A stretch of 64,000 nt of DNA, taken from the sequence record PP301341.1; one strand, written 5' to 3'. Origin of the DNA: Escherichia phage UE-S5b. Made by a program: the position numbers and the translations under genes. Shown here one piece after another: positions 32,501 through 40,050 of this stretch. Under the pieces are notes generated by a model. It was not told the origin of the DNA, searched no databases, and saw only the letters and a program-made list of their open reading frames with translations. The first letter of the stretch is position 1. Every line of letters begins with the position of its first letter.

Positions 32501-35500
32501 CGATGACCTGTTACGTGTTGGTGCTGAACAGATTGAACGTAACCTGCGTAATATTGCTCTGGGTGTAGATATTCGTCACAAAGTAATGAACCAGGTACAG
32601 ACTACTGTTGACCAGATGGCTGCTGTTGGTGCTCCTTATGTGAACAACGGTAAAATCTCTCTGGAAGGTCTGACCGTAGACCAACAAGTAGCTAAGCTAA
32701 ATGAACTGTTCGATGCTGAATTAAACAAACGTCGTGATGCAGTACGTGCTGCTAAAGTAGAACCAGTGAAAGAAGTGCCAGCAATGGAACAGGTTGGTCG
32801 TGTACTGAAGTCTGGTGTACGCCTACTGTCTAATACTGCTATCTCTAAGCTGGCTAAAGAGATGTCTCCGGAACAGCAAGCAGTACTGAAAGAAGTACAG
32901 AAATCCCTTGCTGCTAAAGACTATAAGGTTGTTTACGGTACACCTTCCCAACTGGATGCTTATGCTATTGAGAAGAATATTACTCGCCCAGCACCAGAAG
33001 ATATTGAAGCTGCTGAAGCTGGTAATGCGTATGGTTGGACTAACTTTGAAGATAAGACCATCTACTTAGTTACCCCTTCCTTAGAGACTCTGGTTCATGA
33101 ATTGGTGCATGCTTCTACTTTTGAATCTGTACTGGCTCACTATGAGGGTACTCCTAATGAAGCGGTCCAGAACATTGAAGACCTGATGAACCAGTTCCGT
33201 GCTCTGGATGTTAAGGATGAATCCCCGGCAGTTCGGGAAGCATATGCAGATGCTCTTAATACTATTAACGGTCATTTATCTAATGGCTTTATTGAGCCAG
33301 CAATGGCTAAAGCTGCTGCACTGAATGAGTACATGGCATGGGGTTTAACCAACCGTGAACTGATTAGTAAGCAGAAGAAAACCACTGCACTTAAGACTAT
33401 GGTTCAGGCTGTATATGAAGCAATTAAACGTCTGGTATTCGGGCGTAAGAAAGCACCAGCTAATGCAGATGATATGTTCTCTGGCTTACTGTTTAACTCG
33501 TCCGTAGTTATGCGTGGGCAAGCTCCTACTGCTGCTGTAGCCAAAGATACTACTCTGTTCCATAACAAAACGTATGGTGACAATACTCGTCTGGAAGAGC
33601 TAGGGAAAACCTTCGATAAACTGATTACTGACTACATTGGTTCTGAACCAGTACAGCAAGTAATTCGTAAAGGTAAGTTCTCTGATGCAGTGGTTAATGC
33701 GACTAAAGTAACTCGTGATGTTCAGGCTCATGGCTTCACTATGAATATGCAGGAACAACGTCTCTTTACTAACATTGTTGCTGCTCTGGCTACTGAGGCT
33801 GCTATTAATCCTGCTGCTCTGGCTCGTGCGCAGGAATACTACACACATGTTACTAAGAACCTGACCGTTGAGTCATTCATGNCTGACCCAGATAGTACTA
33901 ACCCTGCTGACCGTTACTATGCACAGCAGAAGTTCGATACCATCATGGGTGCTAACAACATTGAGTTTGATTCACAAGGTCGTTCCTCCTTACTGCCTAC
34001 CTTTATTGGTCTGGCGATGGTAAGTGAAGAGGTACGTAAAGTGCTGGCTGATATTCCAGTTATGAAAGTAGACAAGAAATCTGGCAATACCGCTGATGCA
34101 ATGCTGACTAACATCGGTACTGCTGCAATGGCTAGTCTGAATGCTCGTGTAGCAGGAGATACTAAAGCTACCAACGTACAGGAAGGTATGGATGCACTGG
34201 CTCAGACAATCATGCAGACCAGTCTTAATGCACAATCCTTCTATGATTCCGTTGCTACTCCTACGGGTAATGCTATTGATCGTGCTAACCAGTATCTGGT
34301 GGACTCTATTGATGTACTGTCTACCCGTGCTTTAGAAGGTGCTCGTGAAGTTGCAGCTAATACCAAGAACCCGTTGGTTAAAGGTGCTGCCCATGCTGCA
34401 CAATTAATAGCTGCTATTGCTACAGAGAAGAATGGTGCAATCGTAGCCGAAGGTGTTATGGCTGCAATGAACCAGGGTAAGGTATGGCAACCTTTCCATG
34501 ACCTGGTTAATGACTTAACTGGTCGTACTAAGAGCAATGCTTCTGTATATGATTTGATTAAAGCAGTGCGTGCACAGGTACAGGCTGACCGTCAACAGTT
34601 CCGTGAACATCTGCCCACCACTATTGCATCTAAGTTCAGCCGTAAGCTTACTAATGATGAGTGGAAAGCAATGCATACCGGTATGGGTAAAACCGACTTA
34701 GCTGTTCTGCGTGACACTATGTCTCTGGGTGAAATTCGTGACTTGCTGACTGACCAAAAGATTGTTGACCGTGAAGTGAATAAGCTGGAAGCAGATTTGC
34801 AGAAACAAGCAGGACGTAACTGGCCTTTGATTAGCCGTAAATCTAAGCAACTGGCTCAGTACATGATTAATGGCACAGTTGGTAATAACTTGCTGCGTAA
34901 TGCTACTGCAATCTCTCGTATGCTGGGTGAACGACAGGCTGCACGTTCTACTGTAGACGTAGCTCAACTGGATAAACTGATTACTCTGTATGCACTGGAA
35001 GCAATGAGTAAGACTGACCGTGAGATGTTATCTTCACTGGCTCAATCAGAGATTGAAGGCATGGACTTCGCTACTTCTTATCTGGTTGGTCAGCGTAAAG
35101 ATGAAATGGCTAAAGCCAAATCTGATACTCGTGCAACTCTGAACCAGTACAAAGGGTATATTCCTGGTGAGACTAAACAGGGTGTTAACTTGATTGTTGC
35201 TGAAGATAGTCAGTTTGCTGATTTGATTGAGAAGTCCTATGTACGTCTGGGTACTTATCAGGGTAGCTCTGCTAATCGTGGTCCAGCACGTAGCTACTAC
35301 TTTGCACCGGTACAGGCACAGGCTCCATTCTCGCAAGGTATCTTACAGAACGTTCGCAATACTGCTGGTGGTGTAGACCTTGGTACAGGCTTTACGATGG
35401 GTACAATGGTAGCTGGTCGTATCACTGACAAGCCTTCTGTAGACCGTATCACTAAAGCACTGGCTCGCGGTGAACGTGGTAATGAACCACTGCTGCCTGT

Positions 35501-36899
35501 ATATGATGATAAAGGCAATGTGGTTGCTTATGAGCAATCTATTGACCCTAACATGCTGAAGCACATTGAGGGTGAGAACCATCTCGCTCGTGCAATCGGT
35601 GTATGGCGTGGTCGTCAGGTAGAGGAAGCTAAGGCTCAGCGTTTCAACGATATGCTGATTGAGAACCTGCATAGCATGTATAAAAACGACATTAAAATGT
35701 CTGCCTCTAACAAGTCACAGTACGTTAACCTTCTTGGTTCTAAACTGGACCCAGTAACTGCTGATGCCCTTAAGCTGATGAACAGTGAAACTCGTCAGAA
35801 AGCAGAAAGTCTGTTTGGTCCTGGTGAGTTGTGGGTACGTCGTGACATGCTGAATGATGCACTGGGCTATCGTGCAGCTTCCGTAGGTGATGCCTGGTCT
35901 GGCAATTCTCGTTGGTCACCAGAAACACTGGATACCTTCAAGAAAGCTATGTTGGGTGTATTCGGCAACCGTGCTTATAAGTATGTAATGGGTGGTGAGA
36001 ACCTGGTTCAAAACTTAGTTAAAGAAGCCAAAACTCTGATTGTAGTTAAGTCAGTAGTTGTTCCTGCTGTTAACTTCCTGGCTAACCTTTACCAGATGGT
36101 TGGTCGTGGTGTACCTGTTAAGAACATTGCTAAGAGCATTCCACAGAAGACTGCTGAGATTAACCAGTACCTGAAATCTCGTCTGCGTCAGGTAGATGCA
36201 GAAGCAGANTTACGTGCAGCTACTAACCCGAACCAGATTCGTAAGCTTAAGGCTGAAATTCAGTCCATCACTGATAGTCATAAGCGTATGAGTATCTGGC
36301 CTCTGTTAGAAGCTGGTGAGTTTTCTTCAATTGCAGATGCTGGTATTGGACGAGATGACATCCTGATTACTGAAGGTAAACTTCACGAATACATGGATAA
36401 ACTGGCTGATAAGTTACCTAAGTCTGTACGTAATGCTGGACGTTATGCCCTTATCACCAAGGATACTGCTTTATTCCAGGGTATCCAGAAGACGGTTGAG
36501 TACTCTGACTTTATTGCTAAAGCAATCATCTATGATGATTTGACTCAGCGTAAAGGTAAGACTCGTGAAGAAGCACTTGGACGTGTAACGGAAGAGTTCA
36601 TTAACTATGACCGTCTGCCTGGTCGCTTCCGTGGGTATATGGAAAGTGTTGGTCTTATGTGGTTCTATAACTTTAAGATTCGTTCTGCAAAAATTGCAGT
36701 ATCCATGATTCGTAACAACCCGGTACACGCAGCTATGGCTATGTTGGCTCCAACTCCTACCATGTTTGGTAATGTTGGTTTACCTATTCAGGACAACATC
36801 TTCAGTATTGCTGCACAAGGCAATCTCGGTTACTCCTGGGGCTTCGGTCAGGGACTTCGTGCCCATAACCTTAACCCTTGGCTCAATCTAGCTAACTAA
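26529..36899 (+). CDS. giant virion-encapsidated RNA polymerase (N4 vRNAP-like)
   Basis: Single 3456-aa ORF; central region has a T7-class motif B with exact spacing R-x3-K-x7-YG (RGIAKNPLTITIYGSG, ~nt 31430) and a downstream motif-C-like KIFDGMNIG; lies at the end of the structural module as in N4-like phages. Confidence 0.85.
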   Translation: MNRKHAMSTFDRLAGFADSITNAKQVDVSTATSQKQAAQGQSPSQLTPENAYNLQTGRVGNLGIGAFEPGSLQADFTQASPLEILNKYGNEQGLQILNSRANAADAVRQDLSKQRTNAEAFGDTLSGVGLGVANTLGGIAALGTGLVNDNAGASIASGMDWLNEGVHNLQSDALNATRKVVQNQNQISAQKNQKLYEEDIKNGESSLVASLSRIGRDAFDSVANTLDNGMAATDGLSEGVGSLFTGGPLIRGVSALGKVMVGGDKAVKGITLAAELGSRPAQVALSAGRVAAPAIAIGGMEAGGAYQQTASEIMKMSHQELASKSPVYQQHIADGLSPDEARRQTASETGIIAAGLTAPVAAATGPLVSKFELNPLKVGSLAGAGSNMLRETVEEGIQSGTSQFAQNKAIQGNVDAKRDLLKGVGEQAGLGALYGFGSAGVAQAPGTTVKAVGASAGPALRTTLAGASLVGSALAKAASPITNILVQRGEEVAKRNEQASPVSDATVNAAAQEATAQAEQAQATVQEAVDAMDISPEEKAAATQYAADLTQAMKFDPVELEQANPAIREAVSGSTNRVEAIQKMADLVNTAEDPNVQMEAAIQMYDNIMSMDSFINRDPGALANLEQGSPAANIVDQFSGLMANVQNTPKVLRAFRAIHSMIQEQAEAGKLKATEEANQAQANNIAMAADMSPEVLDADSVNMVLKHASEGKITLGNRQRAALQSAAALLQGAREFDAKAEELGLRPQDIVSKQIKTDESRSNEGQYSALQHAKRIRSAYNSGNFDLASAYLDDFMKFAQHMQNKVGALNEHLISGNADKNKSVHYQALTPSREWVRSRTGLGVNPYDTKSVKFAQQVGLEAKTVADIANALATAYPELNVSHVKVTPLDSRLDKPAAQVVKEFRQGGLDATQSQQTNEPVNQVDETPAPAQETTTTVQPKAKPVVENKTVPVKEASSKAEEVSTTKSETVDATLTNEDTTQKVAETKTEMETVFPVYNNDKTPNQFLKSFTLPEEPKSRTIGSESPLTDIKQALSSTARFEAFTQKENNALTSDVIKRYQDLMGFGETLKTTLSDRLAKFLANKNVGKRFAEGTEANRWVGGKLLNIVEKDGDTFKFNDQLLETAVLAGLQWRLTATQNAAVKDMKDVAAITGVEASLLPEGILAEFENAQTLVEATNSLAQKIESYWGLNRNPNAPLGYTKGIPMAMATEILSSLIEMGEVKESMLDVSEIDPDSNKTVGLYTIEKLDDNDAINKFPTAIEEAVLVEPEEKMYFGDDIPSVAQTQLRNPAVKNTPEQKAALKAEQATEFRVHMPMVNFYEALGRDNILELMGAGTLNPELLNVNTAKSLEGKNLSVSMAYDSLFGVINQLQEQENGLDTPIHYGYNMTRVGRMQMLGKNNPQSSKLVREAILPTFSTIDLSNENSQTFSDFQLGLSQALGIKVHNMSREAMSEKLTKALEGNLKPAVDMMVEFDKSGHLPADAVDILKTSLGGDKSFVALMALMEYARYLNSDDRANFNTPLYVEADGVTNGPINAMVLMTGGKFTSDWIKNTAKGGLFFGKAGKTMNEHRSQDDSVDLYEASTNGLQQALNELRTTYRNNVPVMNQMNHLQKLMDLFIKDFNLNEDGTLDLKRGIAKNPLTITIYGSGARGIAGKMVSAITDTIYERFSDVLQARAADPSISPAMAMFGKEAASEADAQAMLDTFLTSMEALTGNVPVMRKGELSIQQVEGALTGKLDPQKFTVSGNALKNLQENMLHLFVEPMRTGIRNTVGEGLMHSTENLQKATQIQSLVLQDMFQQAVQAKLAEKEKDPTWKKGDFLTQKELNEIQESLSPLAPMIETGSQTFYIAGSENTDVANQVLATNLDDRMRVPMSIYAPSQAGVAGIPFMTIGTGDGMMMQTLSTMKGAPKNTLKIFDGMNIGINNITDASRKANEAVYTSWQGNPIKNVYESFTKFMKNVDFSKLSDETKQAIAKSALEYDQREGATDDLLRVGAEQIERNLRNIALGVDIRHKVMNQVQTTVDQMAAVGAPYVNNGKISLEGLTVDQQVAKLNELFDAELNKRRDAVRAAKVEPVKEVPAMEQVGRVLKSGVRLLSNTAISKLAKEMSPEQQAVLKEVQKSLAAKDYKVVYGTPSQLDAYAIEKNITRPAPEDIEAAEAGNAYGWTNFEDKTIYLVTPSLETLVHELVHASTFESVLAHYEGTPNEAVQNIEDLMNQFRALDVKDESPAVREAYADALNTINGHLSNGFIEPAMAKAAALNEYMAWGLTNRELISKQKKTTALKTMVQAVYEAIKRLVFGRKKAPANADDMFSGLLFNSSVVMRGQAPTAAVAKDTTLFHNKTYGDNTRLEELGKTFDKLITDYIGSEPVQQVIRKGKFSDAVVNATKVTRDVQAHGFTMNMQEQRLFTNIVAALATEAAINPAALARAQEYYTHVTKNLTVESFMXDPDSTNPADRYYAQQKFDTIMGANNIEFDSQGRSSLLPTFIGLAMVSEEVRKVLADIPVMKVDKKSGNTADAMLTNIGTAAMASLNARVAGDTKATNVQEGMDALAQTIMQTSLNAQSFYDSVATPTGNAIDRANQYLVDSIDVLSTRALEGAREVAANTKNPLVKGAAHAAQLIAAIATEKNGAIVAEGVMAAMNQGKVWQPFHDLVNDLTGRTKSNASVYDLIKAVRAQVQADRQQFREHLPTTIASKFSRKLTNDEWKAMHTGMGKTDLAVLRDTMSLGEIRDLLTDQKIVDREVNKLEADLQKQAGRNWPLISRKSKQLAQYMINGTVGNNLLRNATAISRMLGERQAARSTVDVAQLDKLITLYALEAMSKTDREMLSSLAQSEIEGMDFATSYLVGQRKDEMAKAKSDTRATLNQYKGYIPGETKQGVNLIVAEDSQFADLIEKSYVRLGTYQGSSANRGPARSYYFAPVQAQAPFSQGILQNVRNTAGGVDLGTGFTMGTMVAGRITDKPSVDRITKALARGERGNEPLLPVYDDKGNVVAYEQSIDPNMLKHIEGENHLARAIGVWRGRQVEEAKAQRFNDMLIENLHSMYKNDIKMSASNKSQYVNLLGSKLDPVTADALKLMNSETRQKAESLFGPGELWVRRDMLNDALGYRAASVGDAWSGNSRWSPETLDTFKKAMLGVFGNRAYKYVMGGENLVQNLVKEAKTLIVVKSVVVPAVNFLANLYQMVGRGVPVKNIAKSIPQKTAEINQYLKSRLRQVDAEAXLRAATNPNQIRKLKAEIQSITDSHKRMSIWPLLEAGEFSSIADAGIGRDDILITEGKLHEYMDKLADKLPKSVRNAGRYALITKDTALFQGIQKTVEYSDFIAKAIIYDDLTQRKGKTREEALGRVTEEFINYDRLPGRFRGYMESVGLMWFYNFKIRSAKIAVSMIRNNPVHAAMAMLAPTPTMFGNVGLPIQDNIFSIAAQGNLGYSWGFGQGLRAHNLNPWLNLAN

Positions 36900-36905
36900 A
36901 TGAAA

Positions 36906-36930
36906 AAGCCCCTCATTAGAGGGGCTTTAA
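36906..36930. terminator. bidirectional rho-independent terminator
   Basis: AAAAGCCCCTC-atta-GAGGGGCTTTAATTTTT between convergent vRNAP (+) and 36937..37437 (-). Confidence 0.6.
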
Positions 36931-36936
36931 TTTTTA

Positions 36937-37437
36937 CTAAACTAACACCCAGTCTTCAGCTAATATATCTGATTGGGATGGGACCCAAGGCATAAACTGG
37001 TCATCAACAGTTTTGATTCCTAACCATGGACGAGGTTTCAATTCATCAGCAAGTCCTGGACGCTCTAAGCTACTGCTATTCCATTCTTGAGCAGCAACGT
37101 ACTCAATGTACATTCCTTTACCATTCCAGCCTTTACGGGCTAGTTTGAAGCCGGATTTGAGAAGCTCTACTGCATGACCAAAGGTGCAACCTTTTTCTAC
37201 GTCATGGTACGCAGTTTCAAATGCAGATTTAGGTGACCAGCTAATATAGCCACGGAACTGAGGATGGTTAGACTTAGAGTCTGGGTACTCTACTAAGTAA
37301 CCTTCTTCTAATGGGTCTTCATTAGCAGGTACATCCCAGCCACGAAGTTTGCAGTATGTTTCTTTGTTCATTCGGAAACCATTTACACACTTGGTTCCGA
37401 TATAATTGGTAAAATGGACTTTAATTTCTTCTGACAT
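36937..37437 (-). CDS. DUF2829-like protein, candidate Tad2-type anti-defence signal sponge, with an unknown N-terminal domain
   Basis: About 166 aa from ATG 37437 (GAGGT RBS); C-terminal half AVELLKSGFKLARKGWNGKGMYIEYV...PWVPSQSDILAEDWVLV matches the K-G-W-N-G-K-G ... LAEDW pattern I recall for DUF2829. Confidence 0.5.
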   Translation of the reverse strand: MSEEIKVHFTNYIGTKCVNGFRMNKETYCKLRGWDVPANEDPLEEGYLVEYPDSKSNHPQFRGYISWSPKSAFETAYHDVEKGCTFGHAVELLKSGFKLARKGWNGKGMYIEYVAAQEWNSSSLERPGLADELKPRPWLGIKTVDDQFMPWVPSQSDILAEDWVLV

Positions 37438-37450
37438 AACTACCTCAAAT

Positions 37451-37480
37451 GAGAAAGCCCTCACTAGGAGGGCTTGTTTT
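37451..37480 (-). terminator. hairpin between minus-strand genes (putative terminator / attenuator)
   Basis: AGCCCTC-acta-GAGGGCT; on the minus strand it is followed by TTTCTCATTT. Confidence 0.35.
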
Positions 37481-37555
37481 GTTTTGGCTTCATGAGCCTT
37501 ACCACATGTCGGGTAGTTCAGTACCTTTCGGTAAAAACTACCTTACACTTTTGAA

Positions 37556-37936
37556 TCAGATTGTACAACCACCACCATCACAGGTGTTGTTTTCTGCAAA
37601 GGAAGCCAGAGCTTTAGCAGTCTCTTCTTTCTCATGCAGTGCCTGACGTAGCAGGTAACCTTCTAATTCCCAAATCTTATTGAATGCATTTTCATATGCA
37701 TACTGACGGCCTTTTTGCTCATCATAGATAGCTGGGTCAACACAGGCAGATACACCTTCAACTTTGAAGCCATTTTCCAAGATGATAATGCAATAGGTTA
37801 TNAGACCCAGGTTAGCCAAATCATCTGCCGGGAGTGCAGATGGATCAACAAATGCAGACTTCACTGCATCAGCTCCATTAAAATAGTAGACGCTCTTAAT
37901 CTTAGCTTCGATTGCTTCTTTACTTACTGTTGCCAT
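37556..37936 (-). CDS. conserved phage protein, N4 gp49 / Sf6 gp66-family-like
   Basis: About 126 aa from MATVSKE; segment ...ENGFKVEGVSACVDPAIYDEQKGRQYAYENAFNKIWELEGY... resembles this family as recalled, and the gene sits next to the vRNAP terminus. Confidence 0.5.
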   Translation of the reverse strand: MATVSKEAIEAKIKSVYYFNGADAVKSAFVDPSALPADDLANLGXITYCIIILENGFKVEGVSACVDPAIYDEQKGRQYAYENAFNKIWELEGYLLRQALHEKEETAKALASFAENNTCDGGGCTI

Positions 37937-38105
37937 TATTAGCCTCATAGAGTGGTTTGAGTTTGTACTTAAACATGACTGCGTTGTTATAGGCTACGCT
38001 ACCTGCAAACACCAAAGACTTGCGTCCTCGATTATCCGTTACCTCATAGGCATACGGGGTTGAGATTAGGTCAATCATATTGATTATCCAATTATTAATA
38101 CTCAA
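37920..38105 (-). CDS. hypothetical small protein
   Basis: 61-aa ORF continuing the minus-strand operon. Confidence 0.3.
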   Translation of the reverse strand: MSINNWIINMIDLISTPYAYEVTDNRGRKSLVFAGSVAYNNAVMFKYKLKPLYEANNGNSK

Positions 38106-38386
38106 ATAAAAAAGTCCCCCAGAGTGACGGCTCCAGGGGACTTAGTACTATTTACCCATAGCTGGGAGGCTTTTGGTTCTTACCACGAAGACAGTCCACG
38201 CTGACNAGNCTTGGGATTGATAGTCCCGTTCCTGTGGTAATTACTCAGGCTAGGATTTAAGGAGTTCCTATTCTCCAGCGAAATTCCCGTCGANGGGAAT
38301 AACAATACAATAGCAGNCACTGGACTGTCTTACCAGTGTTGTCTTTAGAGTGCNATGCAATCAGGACTATGTTACTGCTGAATGGG

Positions 38387-38460
38387 TGTCCACTACTGGA
38401 TTTGAACCAGTGACTTTCCGATTATTAGTCGGTTGCTTTCCCCGTCTAAGCTAAGTGGAC
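38387..38460 (-). tRNA. tRNA (anticodon loop CUAAUAA; anticodon reads AAU, unusual, assignment uncertain)
   Basis: Reverse complement folds as a cloverleaf: perfect 7-bp acceptor stem GTCCACT/AGTGGAC, D-stem GCTT/AAGC, T-arm ACTGG-TTCAAAT-CCAGT; 74 nt. Confidence 0.6.
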
Positions 38461-38466
38461 TTATTA

Positions 38467-38542
38467 TGGTTACCCAGGCAGGATTCGAACCTGCGTCCTA
38501 GTTGGTTTACTAGTGGGGCTTTACCACTAAGCCTACTGGGTA
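38467..38542 (-). tRNA. tRNA with encoded CCA (anticodon unresolved; anticodon arm has a 6- or 8-nt loop, possible indel)
   Basis: Perfect 7-bp acceptor stem TACCCAG/CTGGGTA, D-arm GGCT-TAGTGGTAA-AGCC, T-arm GCAGG-TTCGAAT-CCTGC, 3' ACCA. Confidence 0.6.
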
Positions 38543-38842
38543 TTAATAGGGGAGTCATGCCAGGCTTTAACTGGCTCCTTCTTCGCAATCCTTACATACC
38601 CCTACATAATTATTGCGTTAAGCTTTTTTGTTTAAGTTTAAGTGAAGGCGTTCTTGCTGACTCATAATAGAGTGGGCGTTTGACGAATGACTAGTTCGTT
38701 ACTACCCGTTTGCCATAAGTACCTGGCGACTTTGGTTTGAGGTGGGAGTCCGAGTCCTGTACAGCCTTACCGTTCACACATTGGCAGCGTATCTAGAGTT
38801 GCACTTCCGGCAACTGGATTTAACTGTTACACCTCAAATAGG

Positions 38843-38954
38843 CAGTGGGGGATGGAATCGAACCATCAGTATTAAGTCTTATTCGTGCACCAAGCACGCT
38901 AGTAGATTACTCTACCGGAGGGAATCGAACCCTATCTACTTCACCAGACCCACC
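38843..38954 (-). ncRNA. long tRNA-like element (~112 nt) containing two T-arm-like motifs
   Basis: T-arm GATGG-TTCGATT-CCATC with a 3' acceptor strand CCCCACT; the only complementary 5' strand (GGTGGGT, 6 of 7 pairs) lies ~105 nt upstream; a second TTCGATT motif sits inside. Confidence 0.3.
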
Positions 38955-39039
38955 ATAATTCTTCCAATTTAGAGTAGCATTGTCACGGTGGGTGCTTTAA
39001 ATGCCGGGAAACATTTAAATATACAATGCTACTTTGAAT

Positions 39040-39163
39040 TGGTTATCAGTGAAGGATTCGAACCTCCGGTTGGAGTCTATAGCTTACCGCAGCAGCCCTC
39101 CAATCTAGCGGTGTCACACTTAGTCCAAACTTGAACATGTCAAGCCATCTCGTGCAACTGATA
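39040..39163 (-). ncRNA. long tRNA-like element (~121 nt) with perfect acceptor stem and encoded CCA
   Basis: T-arm GGAGG-TTCGAAT-CCTTC + ACTGATA-A-CCA; the perfectly complementary 5' strand TATCAGT is 114 nt upstream; internal 6-bp stem TTGGAG/CTCCAA. Confidence 0.35.
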
Positions 39164-39165
39164 AT

Positions 39166-39231
39166 TGGTTCCGGCGTCTGGACTCGAACCAGAACACTCA
39201 TGCCGTGCACGACACTAGTACCTACACCGGA
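39166..39231 (-). ncRNA. short tRNA-like element (~63 nt + CCA)
   Basis: Acceptor stem TCCGGTG/CGCCGGA (one G-U), T-arm TCTGG-TTCGAGT-CCAGA, encoded CCA, but only ~31 nt between acceptor and T-arm, too few for standard D and anticodon arms. Confidence 0.35.
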
Positions 39232-39298
39232 ATTAATTGCCAGGGATTCCACCTGGCTCCATCTGTTTTTATAGTCACTCAGATATCGTCTGGACTGT

Positions 39299-39376
39299 AG
39301 GCATGGGTGGGAATCGAACCCACAAACCATTCAGCACTGTAGCCTCACGCTCTACCTATTTGAGCTATCACATACC
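39299..39376 (-). tRNA. tRNA-like gene with canonical D-arm and T-arm but unresolved anticodon arm
   Basis: D-arm GCTC-AAATAGGTA-GAGC, T-arm GTGGG-TTCGATT-CCCAC, acceptor GGTATGT/CCATGCC (6 of 7 pairs); no clean 5-bp anticodon stem found. Confidence 0.4.
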
Positions 39377-39639
39377 ATTGATTAACTCCCCGTTTCTAAT
39401 ACATGGACGGGGACACTCCACGGTCGTTTGATAATCAGGACGACTCACTCCTGACTGACGCTTGGCTTATTAGGCTGCCATCAGAACAACATCATCGTTT
39501 GCATTTATGTTATTGGTTCGTTTCTAAAAAACCGCATAATCGCTTACGAAAACTATCAAAGAGTACACTAGCTCTGGGCCACGCTTGTGGANATCGGCCT
39601 ACCTTCCACAGCTAATCAACTAATGCACTCACTGATAGC

Positions 39640-39880
39640 CCATAATAGGGGGGAGGGGACGAATCCTCCCTTTATACCCTATATTGCATGTAAGATCTAA
39701 CAGTTCGATGTTGTAGGTAGCTAGGCTATCCGACATTTAACCCAGCCCATATAGGGGCTTATGTGATTAGAATGCTCAACATTGAGCGGTTAGTTTGATA
39801 AGGGATCTGAAGCCTTATCCTAAAGATACTAACCTTTGGGATATAGCCTAAGATTCAGAAATGGCCCCTATAGGAAGAGG
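39640..39880. repeat. three copies of a GC-flanked TATAGG motif (AGCCCATA(A)TAGGGG / GGCCCCTATAGGAAGAGG) in a non-coding region
   Basis: Seen at ~39641-39660, ~39742-39757 and ~39863-39878, spaced ~100-120 bp, all in the same orientation; CCCTATAGGG core is palindromic. Confidence 0.4.
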
Positions 39881-40050
39881 CCATTGATTAACCCGAATGT
39901 TGCTTTACATTTTCTGTGATAACCGATTCTTAAAATAGTCTGTCTGACGGATGGGGGGCCACCCCTAGCGTCAGTGCCATACGGCAAAGATTAAGTTAAG
40001 AAAGGTTATGATAGGAGTTCCTATCTCAAAGGATTCTAACAGAACCCTTC

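Noticed and set aside
37464-37464. Start of the DUF2829 gene at position 37464 as listed in the ORF track
   Set aside because: That codon is GTG with no RBS; the ATG at 37437 has a GAGGT Shine-Dalgarno 5 nt upstream.
38919-38935. T-arm-like motif AGGG-TTCGATT-CCCT as an independent tRNA
   Set aside because: Only a 4-bp T-stem and no complementary acceptor strand within 70-90 nt; treated as part of the long tRNA-like element instead.
38455-39330. Plus- and minus-strand ORFs of 60-95 aa across the tRNA region (38455..38667, 38742..38972, 39046..39330, 39237..39431)
   Set aside because: They overlap tRNA or tRNA-like structures and have no RBS; the region is better explained as RNA genes.
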